NCBI GenBank assembly: GCA_001687465.1
Contig: LVLI01000097.1
Coordinates: 1 to 64,000, forward strand
Reading direction: 5' to 3'
DNA from: Halocafeteria seosinensis
Taxonomy: Eukaryota
DNA: 64,000 bases
The position numbers and the translations under genes were made by a program. Positions within the stretch are counted from its first letter, which is position 1; each line of letters opens with the position of its first letter. The notes under the pieces are model-generated. The model was not told where the DNA came from and did not search any database. It saw only the letters and a list, made by a program, of their open reading frames with translations. Shown here in pieces: positions 23,134 through 36,257 of this stretch.

Positions 23134-24417
23134 CTAGGAAACTTCGGCTAGCGGCTCCAGGAACCCCCGGAACATACAATGCAAAACAGAGGCACAGTCC
23201 ACTGAAAACTCCCATCTGGCACCGTACCCACTCATCATTCGGCACTCAAAGACGGCGACAGTTGTTCCGCCACCTTTAGCACCTGAAGGGACCAAATGCG
23301 TATTCACCCATACGCAATTGTAGAGAACACTACCCAACACCGAGGCAGCATGTTCGTTCTTTGCTGCAGCCGACCCAGATACACGACCCCAAAAGAGCCC
23401 ATCGTGGCGTTGAGCGTGTTTACATAGTGCTCGTCCGGCAATAGTTAGATTTGTTGCTTTCGATTCCGGCCTATAACTGCACGTAGCAGCCTCACATAGC
23501 AATGCCTTTGGTGGAAGTAGCATCATGCCTCTTTTATCCTCAAACGTACTTCCAGTAGTGTGTCTTAGACCCAGTAGTCTTACCCGCGAACGCTCAACCC
23601 TCAAGAGGCTCCTTACAAGGGTCAGAGTCAGTGCACCCAAAGACTGCGCATCCAGACCGAGAACCGTGTCTTCGATCAGATCGTCTACCTCCGATAAATC
23701 ATCGGCTGATGAAGAGATTTCCCGCAGGGTTGTTATTTCTCCAACTCCTGTCTCAGGTACACCAAGCACTTGAGCAAGCAAGCGACTAAGAGTATCGAGT
23801 CTTTCGCTTCTTTCCATATAGAGTAATAGGGCGGCGACAACACGAAGGACAACCGATATGTAAGTCGGGCACGGCTCTGTAAGACGAGAAGCGGACAGGT
23901 TAGTGCACAGGAACTCTTCTATGCTATGGATCCACACCAGTTTTGGCTGAGGATGTGGCTGTAGTTTCATCCAGACACTTTCAGAGGACGTCATGGTATT
24001 AGATCCCCATGCAGTTGTGTGTTCTACTTTGAAATCACTGTACCACAAACTTTGGGCCCATACTTCACTGTCACCGTTGCAACTCTCGTCGGGCATCATG
24101 CCACTATCACTTCTTTCACGCCGCTCATTCTCGTGTATGAGTAGAGAGACGGCTTCCACATAGGTCATTGAGCTCCCGGAAGTGCTATTGTAGGCAACAT
24201 GGGAGTCGTATATCCAATCGAAAACATCCTGTAAAAGTTGCTGTATCACTTGGCACACTCTGCTCCTGCCTTCCCGTTCCTCCAGCGCCTTGTACAGCTG
24301 GCAGACTTCATTCACGGTCCAATCATATTGTGGCGAACTCATATGGTCACGCCTATTATGGGCGGCAGTGGACCGCAGAGCAGTCATTATCATGTGATCA
24401 TGGCCTTCCCCCCTCAA
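23134..24417 (-). CDS. Conserved hypothetical protein with LTxxGRALxKH...WxNxH...FExR...GYGARW...FRGFLEP C-terminal domain
   Basis: 427-aa ORF. The C-terminal motif series resembles the conserved domain of plant/oomycete proteins annotated as RNA-binding ASCH-domain-like (recalled, not searched). Confidence 0.75.
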   Translation of the reverse strand: MRGEGHDHMIMTALRSTAAHNRRDHMSSPQYDWTVNEVCQLYKALEEREGRSRVCQVIQQLLQDVFDWIYDSHVAYNSTSGSSMTYVEAVSLLIHENERRERSDSGMMPDESCNGDSEVWAQSLWYSDFKVEHTTAWGSNTMTSSESVWMKLQPHPQPKLVWIHSIEEFLCTNLSASRLTEPCPTYISVVLRVVAALLLYMERSERLDTLSRLLAQVLGVPETGVGEITTLREISSSADDLSEVDDLIEDTVLGLDAQSLGALTLTLVRSLLRVERSRVRLLGLRHTTGSTFEDKRGMMLLPPKALLCEAATCSYRPESKATNLTIAGRALCKHAQRHDGLFWGRVSGSAAAKNEHAASVLGSVLYNCVWVNTHLVPSGAKGGGTTVAVFECRMMSGYGARWEFSVDCASVLHCMFRGFLEPLAEVS

Positions 24418-25551
24418 AAGCGCTAGGCAAAGTTCAACTTATTAGTTTAACGCAAGTTATACGCCCCCCTCCGCCTCTACCCCAGTGGTACATACCCACT
24501 GATATCATCACAAAACATACCTAATCATTGCTTCGATTCAAGAGTGGGACTATGAGTTCAGAATACGGACAATATATTTGTGAAGTTCGCGGATGTTAAT
24601 CGAAGTGTTGATCCAACTCGAAGTCACTCGATACCACAATGTTAGTATATGGGCACGAAAAGAGCTGTGAGGACGGTTGTAGCAAACTTATCCCGAGTCA
24701 TCTGCACAACCGACCGAATTCAAGGAGTTTTGTATGATAAGTTGTATCCGCTGTAGGCCAGTAGGGGGTCTTATTCGGAGTTACCTACTTGTACGCCCCA
24801 AGAGTCATTTTGTACAATGGAACCGTAGTTGCTATCCGGAACCTTCGATGCACAGTCAGTACAAAGTATACTATCAAATGAAGGGGTAGTGGACTTGTAT
24901 AAATCAATTGCGGGCGATATACCTGGACACAGGTACAGTATACCAGGAACTGCAATGGTTCCGCAACATACCATACTATTAGAACAGAACGAAACGTCAC
25001 ACCAGACGAGCCCTTAAGCGACCCTCTTTTTTATAAGTGAGCCCGAATGAATAGGATATGTAGGAGTCCAAAGGAAGTTAGAAAACGGTGGCTCGTTACG
25101 TTCCGAACCACAGATTCTAATTTGCTTTGCGGTATCTAAAAAAGCTCAACGAAACAGAGTCCTTGCTGTCCTCCCTTTATCCGGCGTGAGTGCGCAAGCT
25201 GAGTGCCGATAGAAGTGTGGAGCAGTTGCACAGCGCAGTACATGCAAGAATACAACCTAGGTCAGGGATTCACAGATATTCAAAGTACTTGTCCAGCGCC
25301 AGCGGTTGAAGTCTGATGCGGGTTGAGATCCCGTAATACCATCGCAGCCGTCGGCCCTCGGCGCATTGAAATAGAACGGAAGATGTAATTATCATTGTTA
25401 AGATACCGACAGAAATACCATTAGTGTACTGATAAAGCGATTGCGAATTGAGTATTACAAGTTGTACGAGTTCCATCCCGTTCGAGATATCTTCTTGCCT
25501 GTACTGTTTACCGGAAGCGACCCGTATTACGCTACGTTAATTTAACAAACG

Positions 25552-26706
25552 ATGCTGAATCAAATAAGGAAATCCCAACAATGGATCGGAGCTCCTCTCA
25601 AGAGATTGTTGAAAAGCAAAACGATTCCTATACTGAACGTTGGTCGGAAGAGTGTTGCTACCGTTGGAAGTATCCAACAGCGGGGCGTGCAGTGGGGGAA
25701 GCCTGAATTCAAACCAGCTGGCAACGTGAGGTAAGTCGATCTCCAACGGTGCAAACTTGATACCCATCTCCTTGTTGATGTTGTTTGACCCTCTTGGTGA
25801 GACGAACGAAAGGGTCCAACGTTCACCTATTCTATACACGCGTTCTCAAGGTATCTTTGGCCGCTGCAACAACGCAGGTACTTCCATTGCACGGACGAAA
25901 ACCTGTCGGCGACGCCTACGGCGAGTCGTGATCAGGCAATAGCAAGCAAAGCCAGACTACAGGATAAGATTGCATTGATAACCGGTGCATCAACAGGGAT
26001 AGGTAAAGCCATTGCAAGAAGTTTCGCAAACGAGGGCGCGAAGTTGGTACTTGCCGATGTCAACGACAAAGCAGGGCAAGAAACAGTTGACCAGTTGAAC
26101 GAAGAAGGAGTCGAAGCTGTTTTCGTTCATTGCGACGTCCGAGACTCCAATCAAGTCCAACAGCTTGTCCAGCACACGGTCGATACGTTTGGGCGGCTAG
26201 ACGTTGCTTGTAACAACGCTGGAATCGAAGGCGAACACGGCCCAGTGGCGAATTGCTCGGAAGAAAACTGGGACCAAGTGTTGAACATTAACCTCAAGGG
26301 TGTATTCCTCTGCATGAAGCATGAACTCCCAGTCATGATCAACTCGGGCGGTGGTGCAGTCGTAAATGTTTCCAGCGTTGCCGGCGTGGTCGGTTTTGCA
26401 GGCCTCCCGGCGTATGTGGCTAGTAAACATGGTATAGTCGGGGTAACTAAGAACGCGGCTTTGGAATACGCGAAGAACAACATAAGGGTTAACGCTGTCT
26501 GTCCTGGTGGAGTTCATACTGAGATGCTCGATAGGATTTCCGAAAATATGGACGATTTCTGGACCTTGATTAAAGGACTGCATCCCATGGGTCGTATTGC
26601 TGAACCCGAAGAGGTAGCTAACGCGGTGACGTGGCTCTGCTCGGAAGATGCTTCGTTCACCACTGGTCAATCTATCCCTGTTGATGGGGGCTTCACCACC
26701 CAGTAA
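25552..26706 (+). CDS. Classical short-chain dehydrogenase/reductase with basic N-terminal leader; join(25552..25730,25878..26706)
   Basis: TGASTGIG, NNAG, YVASK and NAVCPG motifs. No in-frame ATG precedes the core, but intron 25731-25877 (gtaagt...cag) joins exon 1 in frame (NVR|YFH). Confidence 0.9.
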
Positions 26707-27960
26707 ACTTTTATCCACAAGTGTTCACATCGCTCAGGTCATATCAATTTACTACTACTGGTAATAGCTTCCCACGTACCTTGCTGTACTAATTTCACAC
26801 TCCGCATTCATTACTATTTGCGAAGGGGGGTCTGTTTGGGCGATTTCATCTCTTCTATCAAGTCAGCCAAAACCAAAGGGCCACTAAGTGATGGACGGAC
26901 CTCAAGCATCGTGTACCAAAGATGGAGTCCCCTTACCCCAGTGCGCTTAGGCCAATGCAATCTGCTCCCTTCCCTTTTCTGTAAAAACTACCTATCAAAG
27001 TGAGTTAGGCACTACGAAAATAACTGATGTTACTTGGCCAAAATAAAGCGTTCTACAGACAGCCAATCTACACGGAAGGATAACTTCACTTAAAATGGGT
27101 TGATAAAATATTAAGAATTCACCAAAGTATGGGATGACGACTCGAAGCAACAAGGAACGCATTATGAGTAGCAGCCTACTGTTTCTCTGCCCCAATTCAG
27201 ACCGGAATTTTATCCTACCAAGTTCGTCGATTTAGCTTTTGCCAAACGGCATGCGGAGTTGGGTTCTTAGTAGTGGTAAATAAAGCCTTTCGAATATTTT
27301 TGAATGATGCAGTACCACTATGGTAGTTGATACTGAACGATGATGCTGATGTTGGAAAGGAGATGGTGAGCATAAGGAGTACAAAAGAAGAAGAAAATCT
27401 GATGATGATACCAAGCCAGGCAGAGACAACCATCAGCTGCGAAGAGACAACCGTATTGTACAAGTATGCTACTTCTGCTCGCACACCCCAGCTGCTCCAG
27501 ATGCAATGAGAATCCACCTCCCCTTATATACCCCACTCCAAGTGACTATAGCATTCAAATTGTACTCTAATTTGTAAAATAGGGGAACGCCTCTATGTTA
27601 TGGCTCTTACATTGTATTGCATGCATGGCCCGGACCGTATGCGAGGTAAGTCACCTGCCGTCGCAGCACGGTTCCACAGAACATGTATGAATTTCACTTT
27701 CCGCTCACTACTTCGGACAGAACAATCACCTGAAATAATGGTGGATTGTTGAAGCTTTTCAGCGACTTTGCTTCCTACTTGTTACTCTACAACTGAATAC
27801 TTGTTTTGCTTGTTCCAGAACTGCTGTTTGTACGACTCCTTGATTCCCGGACCGGGAGCGCAAATTTCTGAGGATTTTACAGCCTGCGCACCTCCAGGTT
27901 TTGTTCAGCATCGAAACGACCCACTCTCCCTTTCAATTATCCATCGCCTGTATCACCAAG

Positions 27961-29422
27961 ATGTCAGATACGCTACGAAAACTCCTCGCGCCCTACGTTC
28001 CAGAAATCGCGCTGGACAATGTGGTAACCACAGCGGTAAGATCGATGTGGTGTCTGTCGAAACAGCTGTACCAGCTGGACAACTACGTTTACGCTTGCCC
28101 GTCTCTGCCTGGAAACACAAAATTCATTCGTATTTTTAACCATTTGCAGGCCCTCGTTTTGAGTAGTTTCATACTTTGCATCGCCATGTATCGAGTCATC
28201 TGCGGGGTAAGTACCCTCTTGACTCAACCTTGATACCCAAGGACTGCCACGTGGAACTGTTAACGCTTCATTCTGCAGGGACACAGGAAGGGCCCATCTA
28301 GATTAACAAAGAGCCTTTTCGCCGTAAACAGTTCCATTGCGGACACAAAAACAGCAGCGGGAAAATATGAGGAGCTATATACGCATGGTAGGTAAATTCC
28401 AGTTTCTCCACGTGTTCAGCACGATGCCGTCGCTTGGCTGTTTCTAGGAGCTTGCAATGTATGATTGATCATTGGTCAATTACCTTACTTGTCTCGCATC
28501 GCATGTTTCTTCAGAAGAGTCGGATCAGCGAAAGGAGGAAAACTCTGAACTAGTAGATAACTTTTATAATCTTGTAACGGACTTCTATCTGTTTGGATGG
28601 GGAGAACGCTTCCACTTCGCTCCCCGCTTGGAGGAAGAGAGCCTAGAAGACTCGTTCCGGCGTCATGAATACTGGATGGCTTCTCAGTTGGGAATCGATG
28701 AAAAAATGAAAGTATTGGACGTGGGATGTGGTGTTGGCGGTCCAGCAAGGACTATTGCTCGCTTCTCGAATGCTCATGTCACAGGTATTTCTCTGAATCA
28801 GTATCAAATTGAGGTTGGAAAGAAGCAAACGGAGAAGGCAGGTCTTTCTCATCTGGTGGAGTTGGTCCAAGGAAATTTCATGGAATTACCATTTGCTGAC
28901 AATACATTTGATGCAATTTATGACATCGAAGCAATCTGCCATTCTGGTGACCAGCAGCGATGCTACCAAGAGATAATGCGAGTTCTTAAGCCGGGCGGTG
29001 TCTTTGGATCTTATTTATGGGTAACAAATGAAAATTACAATGGAAAGAACGCCGAGCACCGCCGTGTGAAACATAGCATCGAAAGAGGGAATGGCTTGCC
29101 TGAACTACTCGATGCCCAGCATTACTACCGAAGTGCGGTGAATGCAGGCTTGCACGTCGATAAGGTCCATGATGTTGCCTCTGACCATGTATTATCACCA
29201 CTGCCTTGGTATCAACCGTTTGTAGACGGTTGGCTAACCACGCCCTTTTCCATAATGGTGACCAATAAGATCGTGTATTTGCTCGAGAAGTTGAGAATCG
29301 TCCCTCAAGGAACCCACTCGATTCATTCTTATCTGTATGAAGCTGCCGTTTCATTACTAGAAGGTGGAAAACGGGAAATATTTAGCCCCATGTTATTCAT
29401 GAAGTCCAGAAAAGCTGTATAA
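27961..29422 (+). CDS. SMT1: Sterol C24-methyltransferase paralogue A (ERG6/SMT family), 4 exons
   Basis: VDNFYNLVTDFYLFGWGERFHFAP, VLDVGCGVGGPAR, IEAICH, RVLKPGG, GNGLP, PWYQP. Three 5' introns and an N-terminal hydrophobic anchor. Confidence 0.9.
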
Positions 29423-30301
29423 CACTACAGTATCAGCAACACCCGCTAGTTTAAGTTTTCTTCCACGCAGGCATTAAAAGTCACCGGAACAGCAGTTAAG
29501 TTACATCCCCGATGCTTTTATCCTACTCGAAAACCATACGAGTGCAGTCGCTTCTTTCTTTGCTTCAACAATTTTTATGCGCGATGACATATACATACCA
29601 CTACTATTGTACCAGCAACAAGTCCCTTGAGTGTGTCCGTTATGCACCGAATTAAGATTCATTGATGTCATTCAACTCCCTCGCAAGCACATTTCATTCA
29701 AACCTTTAAGCTAACCAAATAGTTTCCTAATTGCCGTTCTCCCGGTTAGAACAGCAAAAACTAACCAGTGTGACCAGTAAGTACGTAGACGTTGGGTGTA
29801 CGCCGCCGGAGGGAGCGTCCTGCGAACGCCGGAGTGTGGATCGGATCCCGCCCGTGCTTCAAGTTGGCAGTGTTTCGTTCATACAGCCTTTCCTGAATGC
29901 TAGTTGCTTCCGGATGCGCGGGATCTACAATCATAGAGAGCGATAGATGTCGTGGGAAGATATGGAAACACTGTGGATGGACTGTGAATAACGCATTTAG
30001 CCTGTTGGGAGGGTTGCGACGTCGCAACATTTTCGTTTCCGGACACTTTTTCCCAACTTAGGATCCTGTATACAACTTCCAAGGTACGCTAGTGGGTAAT
30101 GATCTCTATTTTCAGGACGTCCCGTTCGTATTGAGGACATGCATAGGGAAAAGGAGAGGAGAGAGAACTGAAGAGGCGCTACGGGTTCCTCGGATTATGA
30201 GCTCTCCCTCCCCTCCCTAAATTATGCTTGTACAGCACGCATACTAGACTAGTTATATTCAGTGAATTGCGCGTATTCATATGCTTGTTGCTCCCCGCTG
30301 A

Positions 30302-32613
30302 ATGGTCCATGCAGAAAAAATGAATTCCAGTAGCAATAGGGGCAGTCGAGGCCGCGGTCGAGGACTATCCATCGACACAGATGCGGCCAATATTTCAGCC
30401 GTGAATCCCATGATGGGACGTTTGGCTCGATCTGCTAGCTCTGGAAGTCGCGGTGATAAGAGGCCCCAACCGTCACCATCGGGGGCTTCACTGAGAAACG
30501 TGACAGGTGGGCGTGGAACTCCTCGTAACCGACCGAGAGGACAACCACCATTGACAAGAGCGCCGTTGAAGCAACGTCCTGTTGGTGGTACCAGTATGCG
30601 CAGTGTTACCCGAGGAACGAAGGGGCAAAATGGAGATGCATCTGATGAACCTTCGAAACAAAAGAATGGAACCTCCCGTTTTAACAGTTTTCGAAATGTT
30701 GTACTGGATTCTGGTATGGCACCAGAATCACCCCGGACACCACCACAAACGAAAAACAACAAGACCTTTCGACAAATGGTAATGGGAGCCCTTTCTTCGA
30801 AATCTTTCAGAAGTATGATGCCTGGGTTTGTTGATAAAGGTTCAAGTGGACAGGACGGTGAAGATAGAGAGCGAAGCGCCAGCTCTGGTCCGTCTTCGCC
30901 CACAACCCCGAAGTCTCCAAAACGTCAAGCCAGCGAAGAGGAAGAACAAGTAGATGGTTGGTGTGCCACAGACGACATTGAATCAGGTGGAATTTACTAT
31001 TTTCACGGAACTACAAAGGTTCGTAAACGGTATCTTCGAAAATGTATATCTGGTGACTGATCTCTTAGTGTAATGTTTGAACGTATGTTTACCAACCAAC
31101 CCAGGAAGTGAGCTGGGAACCACCCGAAGGTGAGCAGTCAATAGCGTGGATCGTTAAAGATGATGACCCGAATCGCCGATTGATAGGAAAGCTGGGAATG
31201 CCTCGTACCCATGACTGTGTGGTGGACGGCTGGATAGTAAAGAGTGACCCCAAAGGACGACACTGGAAGACGCGGTGGATCGAGATTGTTCTCAATTCGA
31301 GAATGATTAGGTGGTATAAAAACAACCCAACAAGTTCCTTGATGCAGTATAATGTAACAGAACCTGCACTAGGTATGTTCCTTGCTTCGTCTCTTATCCT
31401 GCTTGTTCTTCATTTGCTTAGTTTCTGCCGATTGTTTACAGGGGAAGTGTCACTGGTGGGCGCAGCAATCAAGCACCGATCAGAAACGGACATGCTACAT
31501 GGAATCGCTTACTATGTTCTGGATATCGAAGCGCGCGACAGAACCTTGCATTTGATTCCCGATAGCATATTATGTCTCCTTAGGTGGGAGGAATTGATTC
31601 GAGAAGCCAAGTCTGGCGACATTGAGACGGGCGCACAAGAAGATGACGTATCTAATATAACACTTCGAGACATTCCACCAACCTCGGCAAAAGGATGGCT
31701 TAAAAAGACTGCACCGTCGCATAAATCCTGGCGGGATCGGTTCGTGGTCATAGATAAGGATACAGGGCTACTAACGTACTCGGAGAAGGAAAGTGGAAAA
31801 GTCAAAGGAATAGTAAACTTAAGAAATGCTTACGTAGGAGTAGGTCTGGATGATGAATTGGCATCTATCATAAAATCGGATAAAAGGAGGTTCGCGGCGT
31901 TTCATGTCGTTCCTAAAACGCCGGTAACGGGGCAAGTCTCCCGGGCATTCACGTTTGTTACCGAAACTACTCAGGAATTAGATCAATGGTAGGACATGAA
32001 TCGATTATGAGGCTGTCGCGCTGTGATGAGCTTGTGACGTGTATATTGTTTGCAGGGTCAATGTTGCGAATGCTGTGGCGATGAAGTGGAACAAAGACAC
32101 GGAAGATTCGGCAGAGGGGCGTGATGAATCGAAACGTAAGGATGAGCATCCAGGCTCCGATAGTGCCAAGGTAAACCCTCTACACGGAAGTGCGACGTCG
32201 CTGAAGGTTGGGTGGCTGCATAAGTGTGATCCTTTTGGGAAGAACTGGAAACAGCGATATGTGAGGTTGACTCCCCAGCGGATGGAGTATTTCAAGCGCA
32301 AACAAGACGCGACTCCAGCAGGAGTACTGGAGCTCCACAGAGCCAAGTATGCTATTTTACGTTGTGTCTGTGTTTTCGTAATGATTGTTGCTTATGTGAC
32401 CACCTGTTTCACTATTGATTATTGGTGCGGTGCAGGGCTGGCATTGGGTGTTCTGCATTGAAGGGACCTACTCCTTTCGATCTAGTCGTGGAGAACTGGG
32501 ATCGCGTGTACTACTTTACAGCCCCTGACCAAAAGGAGTTGGCTGCGTGGGTTGACGCCTTCCAATCGATTCAAACGGAAGACGACAAAGAGTCTCTGGC
32601 CGAAAACGACTGA
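30302..32613 (+). CDS. WW-domain plus three PH-domain protein (about 5 exons)
   Basis: GWCATDD...GIYYFHGTTK|EVSWEPP (WW). DGWIVK...WKTRW, KGWLKK...SWRDRF and VGWLHK...NWKQRY...ELAAWVDAF (PH). GT-AG introns link ORFs 30302, 31108, 32039 and 32422. Confidence 0.85.
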
Positions 32614-32909
32614 TGCAGAAACAAGCGAATAACATATAAAGAAGGATAGAACGCCTGGAAACTTATGGCTTGCTACAAACCAAACACATAGCCAACTATC
32701 CACCACGCAATGTATCTCTCCTCTCATAGCATTCAGCCAGAGTGTGCAGATGGCGCTGGAGCACTTTGTAGAGCATACCCAAAGCCCCCGGTCAGACATA
32801 CGACTGGCATGCTCAATCCCAGAAGAGATAAAAACAAGGAGAAAAGATGAGCGAGTAGGGCTTAGCACCTGCAATAATCTAAATCGAGATTCCCGAACTA
32901 CCCATACTG

Positions 32910-33953
32910 CTACAAGTAATAGTCTGGAGTCTGTCGTGTCACCGGCGGATCGCCTTCTCGCGGTGCATATTCGAATTGTTGACTGCAGCATCAGCGAAAG
33001 CAACAAGAAAAACAAGGACATGATACATACACTATTACTTACGAAATCAATCAAGTCATGAAAAAACAAAAAACCCGAACAACTTACAATTTATAGGCCA
33101 TTTTATCATCCACTTCCATAATTGCCGCCTGGTTTCCGCATCGGTAACAATAATTCGGTGCACTAAATACTGTGACCACGAGTTTATCGTGGGCCCAATT
33201 GTACCCATCCATGACTAATTGGTGCGCCCTTGCGGTCAGTGTGAGGCCATTTCGATGCGCGAATGCTTCGGACACGTCGTATCCAAAGGTGTATCCTGCT
33301 CCTCGCGGGGAGATTCCCCAGCCTTTTCTGTCATCCGGATCGCTCCATAATAAGTCACACATGAGTCCTTCATGTGGTACTTCCTGCACTCTGTCCAGAA
33401 TGCGAATCTGGTCTAATGTATCCAAACTGGGCGATAATCCTCCGTGGAGCGCAAATATCTGGTTCTCGACGACGGCCGTCAGAGGGAGGTAGTCAAATAA
33501 ATCCGTGAAATATTTCCATACATTGGCTGTGCCGTACTTGCGTAGACACTCATCATAAAAGCCATACACCTGGGTGATCTGCCGGGACTCGTGATTGCCC
33601 CGTAAAATGTAAATACGGTCTCTGTAGCGCACTTTGAGGGCCACTAATAACGTCACGACTTCCACTGAATAATACCCTCGATCCACATAATCGCCCATAA
33701 ACAGATAATTCGTGTTTGGACACTCCCCGCCGATCCGGAAGAGCTCCATGAGATCGTAAAATTGGCCGTGAATATCGCCGCAAATCGTCACAGGGGCGCT
33801 TACATTCTGCACATTGCCCTCGGAAATCAATATCTCACGGGCTTTATCACATAGTTGCTTCACCTCCGTCTCAGGCAAGGGCTTGCACGACTGTAAATGC
33901 TCCACCCAGGTGTCCAATTGAGACAGACTCTGGTGGTCCAGGACCTTGTCCAT
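32910..33953 (-). CDS. PPP2C: Serine/threonine protein phosphatase 2A catalytic subunit (2 exons)
   Basis: GDIHG, GDYVDRG, RGNHE and [11 protein letters not shown]. An intron after MAYK gives the terminal exon [24 protein letters not shown]. Confidence 0.97.
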
Positions 33954-34267
33954 GGTCTCGAGGAAAGAACGGGTATTTATTTATTTACTGTCCTGTCCTG
34001 TCCAGGAAGAGGGGCTTTCTTCAACAAAACAACGACACAACCACAACGACGCAACAAGACAGACAGACAGAGAGACAAAGGGACGGCGGGGTGGGGGTGG
34101 GGTGGATGTACTGTACTTCAAGGAAGCAAAACCTAGCAGCACCACGGTCACGACACAGACGACATTGTGAGTGTCGAGAGGCGGTGGGGTGAAAATGAAA
34201 TCGACCGACTACCATATCCAGTTGTTTGTTCATTCATTAAGGCTGTTGAGCCAGTAGTGGGTGACGA

Positions 34268-35812
34268 CTATTCGCCATTGTCCAGGAGATGTGATATGCG
34301 GTCAGAAAGCTCGTTCAAGTTCTCATCATATTCATACAAGTTGGCAGAGGAACTCGTATTAGGGATTTCCCCGAGAAGTTGCGAACTCTTGGCTAGTAAC
34401 TCCTCGTCGTCGTTGGTGGCCGTAGTGAGACCCAAACGGCCACCCCCATTGTAAGAATCGTCCTCTTCGTCACTTTGCGAATTCGTCTCACCAGCTAAAC
34501 TGTCCTCTTCGGGAATTCCGTGTGCCTCACTGTACCGCGCACTCGCCCTGTTTTCCTTATTATTTGCTTCCCTATGCTGCTGTATCGATGCCGCAGTCCC
34601 ACCTTCCTCACCGCCAGTATAGTCCGTGTCTGATTCCTCGTGCGGCGAGAAGTCCCCAATATCTGCCAGGGGTAAATGGAATTCCCCAAAGCACTTGGCA
34701 GCCAACGTTTCCAATGAGCGCAAGCTTTGCTGGATCCTCAAGAGATTATAAATAGTACCGCGCGTCTTTGAACCTGTGAGAAACAGCAAGCTGTAGAGTC
34801 TCATGCTGCTTCTGCACACCATATGAATAAGCCTTGCCAACATAGTCGAATGGAGAACTGGCAGCGGTTGTGCGACGGCATTAGACATTTCCGACTGCTT
34901 ATTTTGCGACAGTACGGCCCGGAAGATATTAGCTGATGTAGCAGATGAGGAGGACTCTTTCTGCGAGAACTGATCCAGAGGTGGTGTGTCGACCAGAAAC
35001 AGAGAAGGGCACGTTCCGTTGCTCTTATTTTCAACGATGATTCGTCCAACTAGTCCCGTTTCATTCCTGGGAGGCATCATTATGTATGATCGGCCTTGTG
35101 TCTCCCGGAAGAACCTGCCGTAATTCTTCACCAGTGCCTCCATAGCAGATCCGAAATCCTGCATGGACGTCATCCGCAAATTCCAGCACTGTGAGAAAGC
35201 ATCTTCCAAAGTTCGGTATGTCCCTCGCTTTTCATCACCAACGCGAGGATATAATAAATCAGTAACTTCCTTCTTCTGTGTTTGGAGGCAGCTAAAATAA
35301 ACACGGATAGAGGGGTTATCCTTCCCGTAGCGAAGTAGTGTTTGAATGTAGAGCTGTAGCAAGCTGACAGGACCACCAGTCGTATACGAGTTCAGCAGCC
35401 CGCTCTTATACACTCCCCCTTGTCCCCATCCAAGTATGGCCGTACTGTAGCCGTCCAAGAGATGCACAAGGGATTCATGCACAATCGTGGCCGCTAACTC
35501 GTTGGGTTTCACTCCGGCCAAGTCCATTCGGAATTCAGTCGTGGGGAGCGAGTAATGGGCATGGACTTCATTCTTTCCCTTCCGACTTTTGGAAGCACTT
35601 TGATCACCCCCGTCCCGATTCGTGAGACTTAGAGTCTGTTTGTCCTTATGGGCTCGAGGAACATAATTAACGTCTTCACGCTCTTTGGCGGTGGATGGCT
35701 CTGTTGGGATCTCCTGCACAATCGTCGATACACTGCTTATTTTGACATTTCCGCGCGTCGAGTCCTCCGTAGCCTCCTGGGCTAGCTTGCGAAGCTCCTG
35801 GGGAATATTCAT
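34268..35812 (-). CDS. Degenerate kinesin-motor-like protein with acidic tail
   Basis: LLDGYSTAILGWGQGGVYKS (cf. GYNxTIFAYGQTGSGKT), VYFSCLQ...VTDLL and LFLVDTPP (cf. LVDLAG). Confidence 0.6.
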   Translation of the reverse strand: MNIPQELRKLAQEATEDSTRGNVKISSVSTIVQEIPTEPSTAKEREDVNYVPRAHKDKQTLSLTNRDGGDQSASKSRKGKNEVHAHYSLPTTEFRMDLAGVKPNELAATIVHESLVHLLDGYSTAILGWGQGGVYKSGLLNSYTTGGPVSLLQLYIQTLLRYGKDNPSIRVYFSCLQTQKKEVTDLLYPRVGDEKRGTYRTLEDAFSQCWNLRMTSMQDFGSAMEALVKNYGRFFRETQGRSYIMMPPRNETGLVGRIIVENKSNGTCPSLFLVDTPPLDQFSQKESSSSATSANIFRAVLSQNKQSEMSNAVAQPLPVLHSTMLARLIHMVCRSSMRLYSLLFLTGSKTRGTIYNLLRIQQSLRSLETLAAKCFGEFHLPLADIGDFSPHEESDTDYTGGEEGGTAASIQQHREANNKENRASARYSEAHGIPEEDSLAGETNSQSDEEDDSYNGGGRLGLTTATNDDEELLAKSSQLLGEIPNTSSSANLYEYDENLNELSDRISHLLDNGE

Positions 35813-36257
35813 CGGGTATCACAGTCCTCCATAATGGTCTAACGACCGTCCGAGGAAGCGCGACTTATTGGAATTTTTCTACCAAATAATTCACCGATTC
35901 AATGACCATAGTTGGAGTGAACGTGTAGGGTCATTGATCTTCTTCGTAGCCTGCTCTTGTATGGGGACATGTGTATATCGACAATAGCAGGGTTGACGAG
36001 CTTAATCATATGTGCACTGTGCACACAACTCTGCCCGTGAAGGTGACGTTGTCACAGCTTGTCTCACAAGTCGAGAATTTCGACGAGAAACCACATCAGG
36101 CAGAACGCTTTAACGAGAAAATTCAATCAGTAAGCAGGTAAGTACGTGAATAAGGGGATAGTAACTCTCACAGTCGCATTGTCTAGTCAAGGACAACCTA
36201 CCAGGTAGGCTAGATTTCTGAAGGCTCAGCACCACAAATCATAACAAATTTCCTAGC

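Noticed and set aside
26995..27536. Hydrophobic minus-strand ORF pieces
   Set aside because: Interrupted by stops with no recognisable family.
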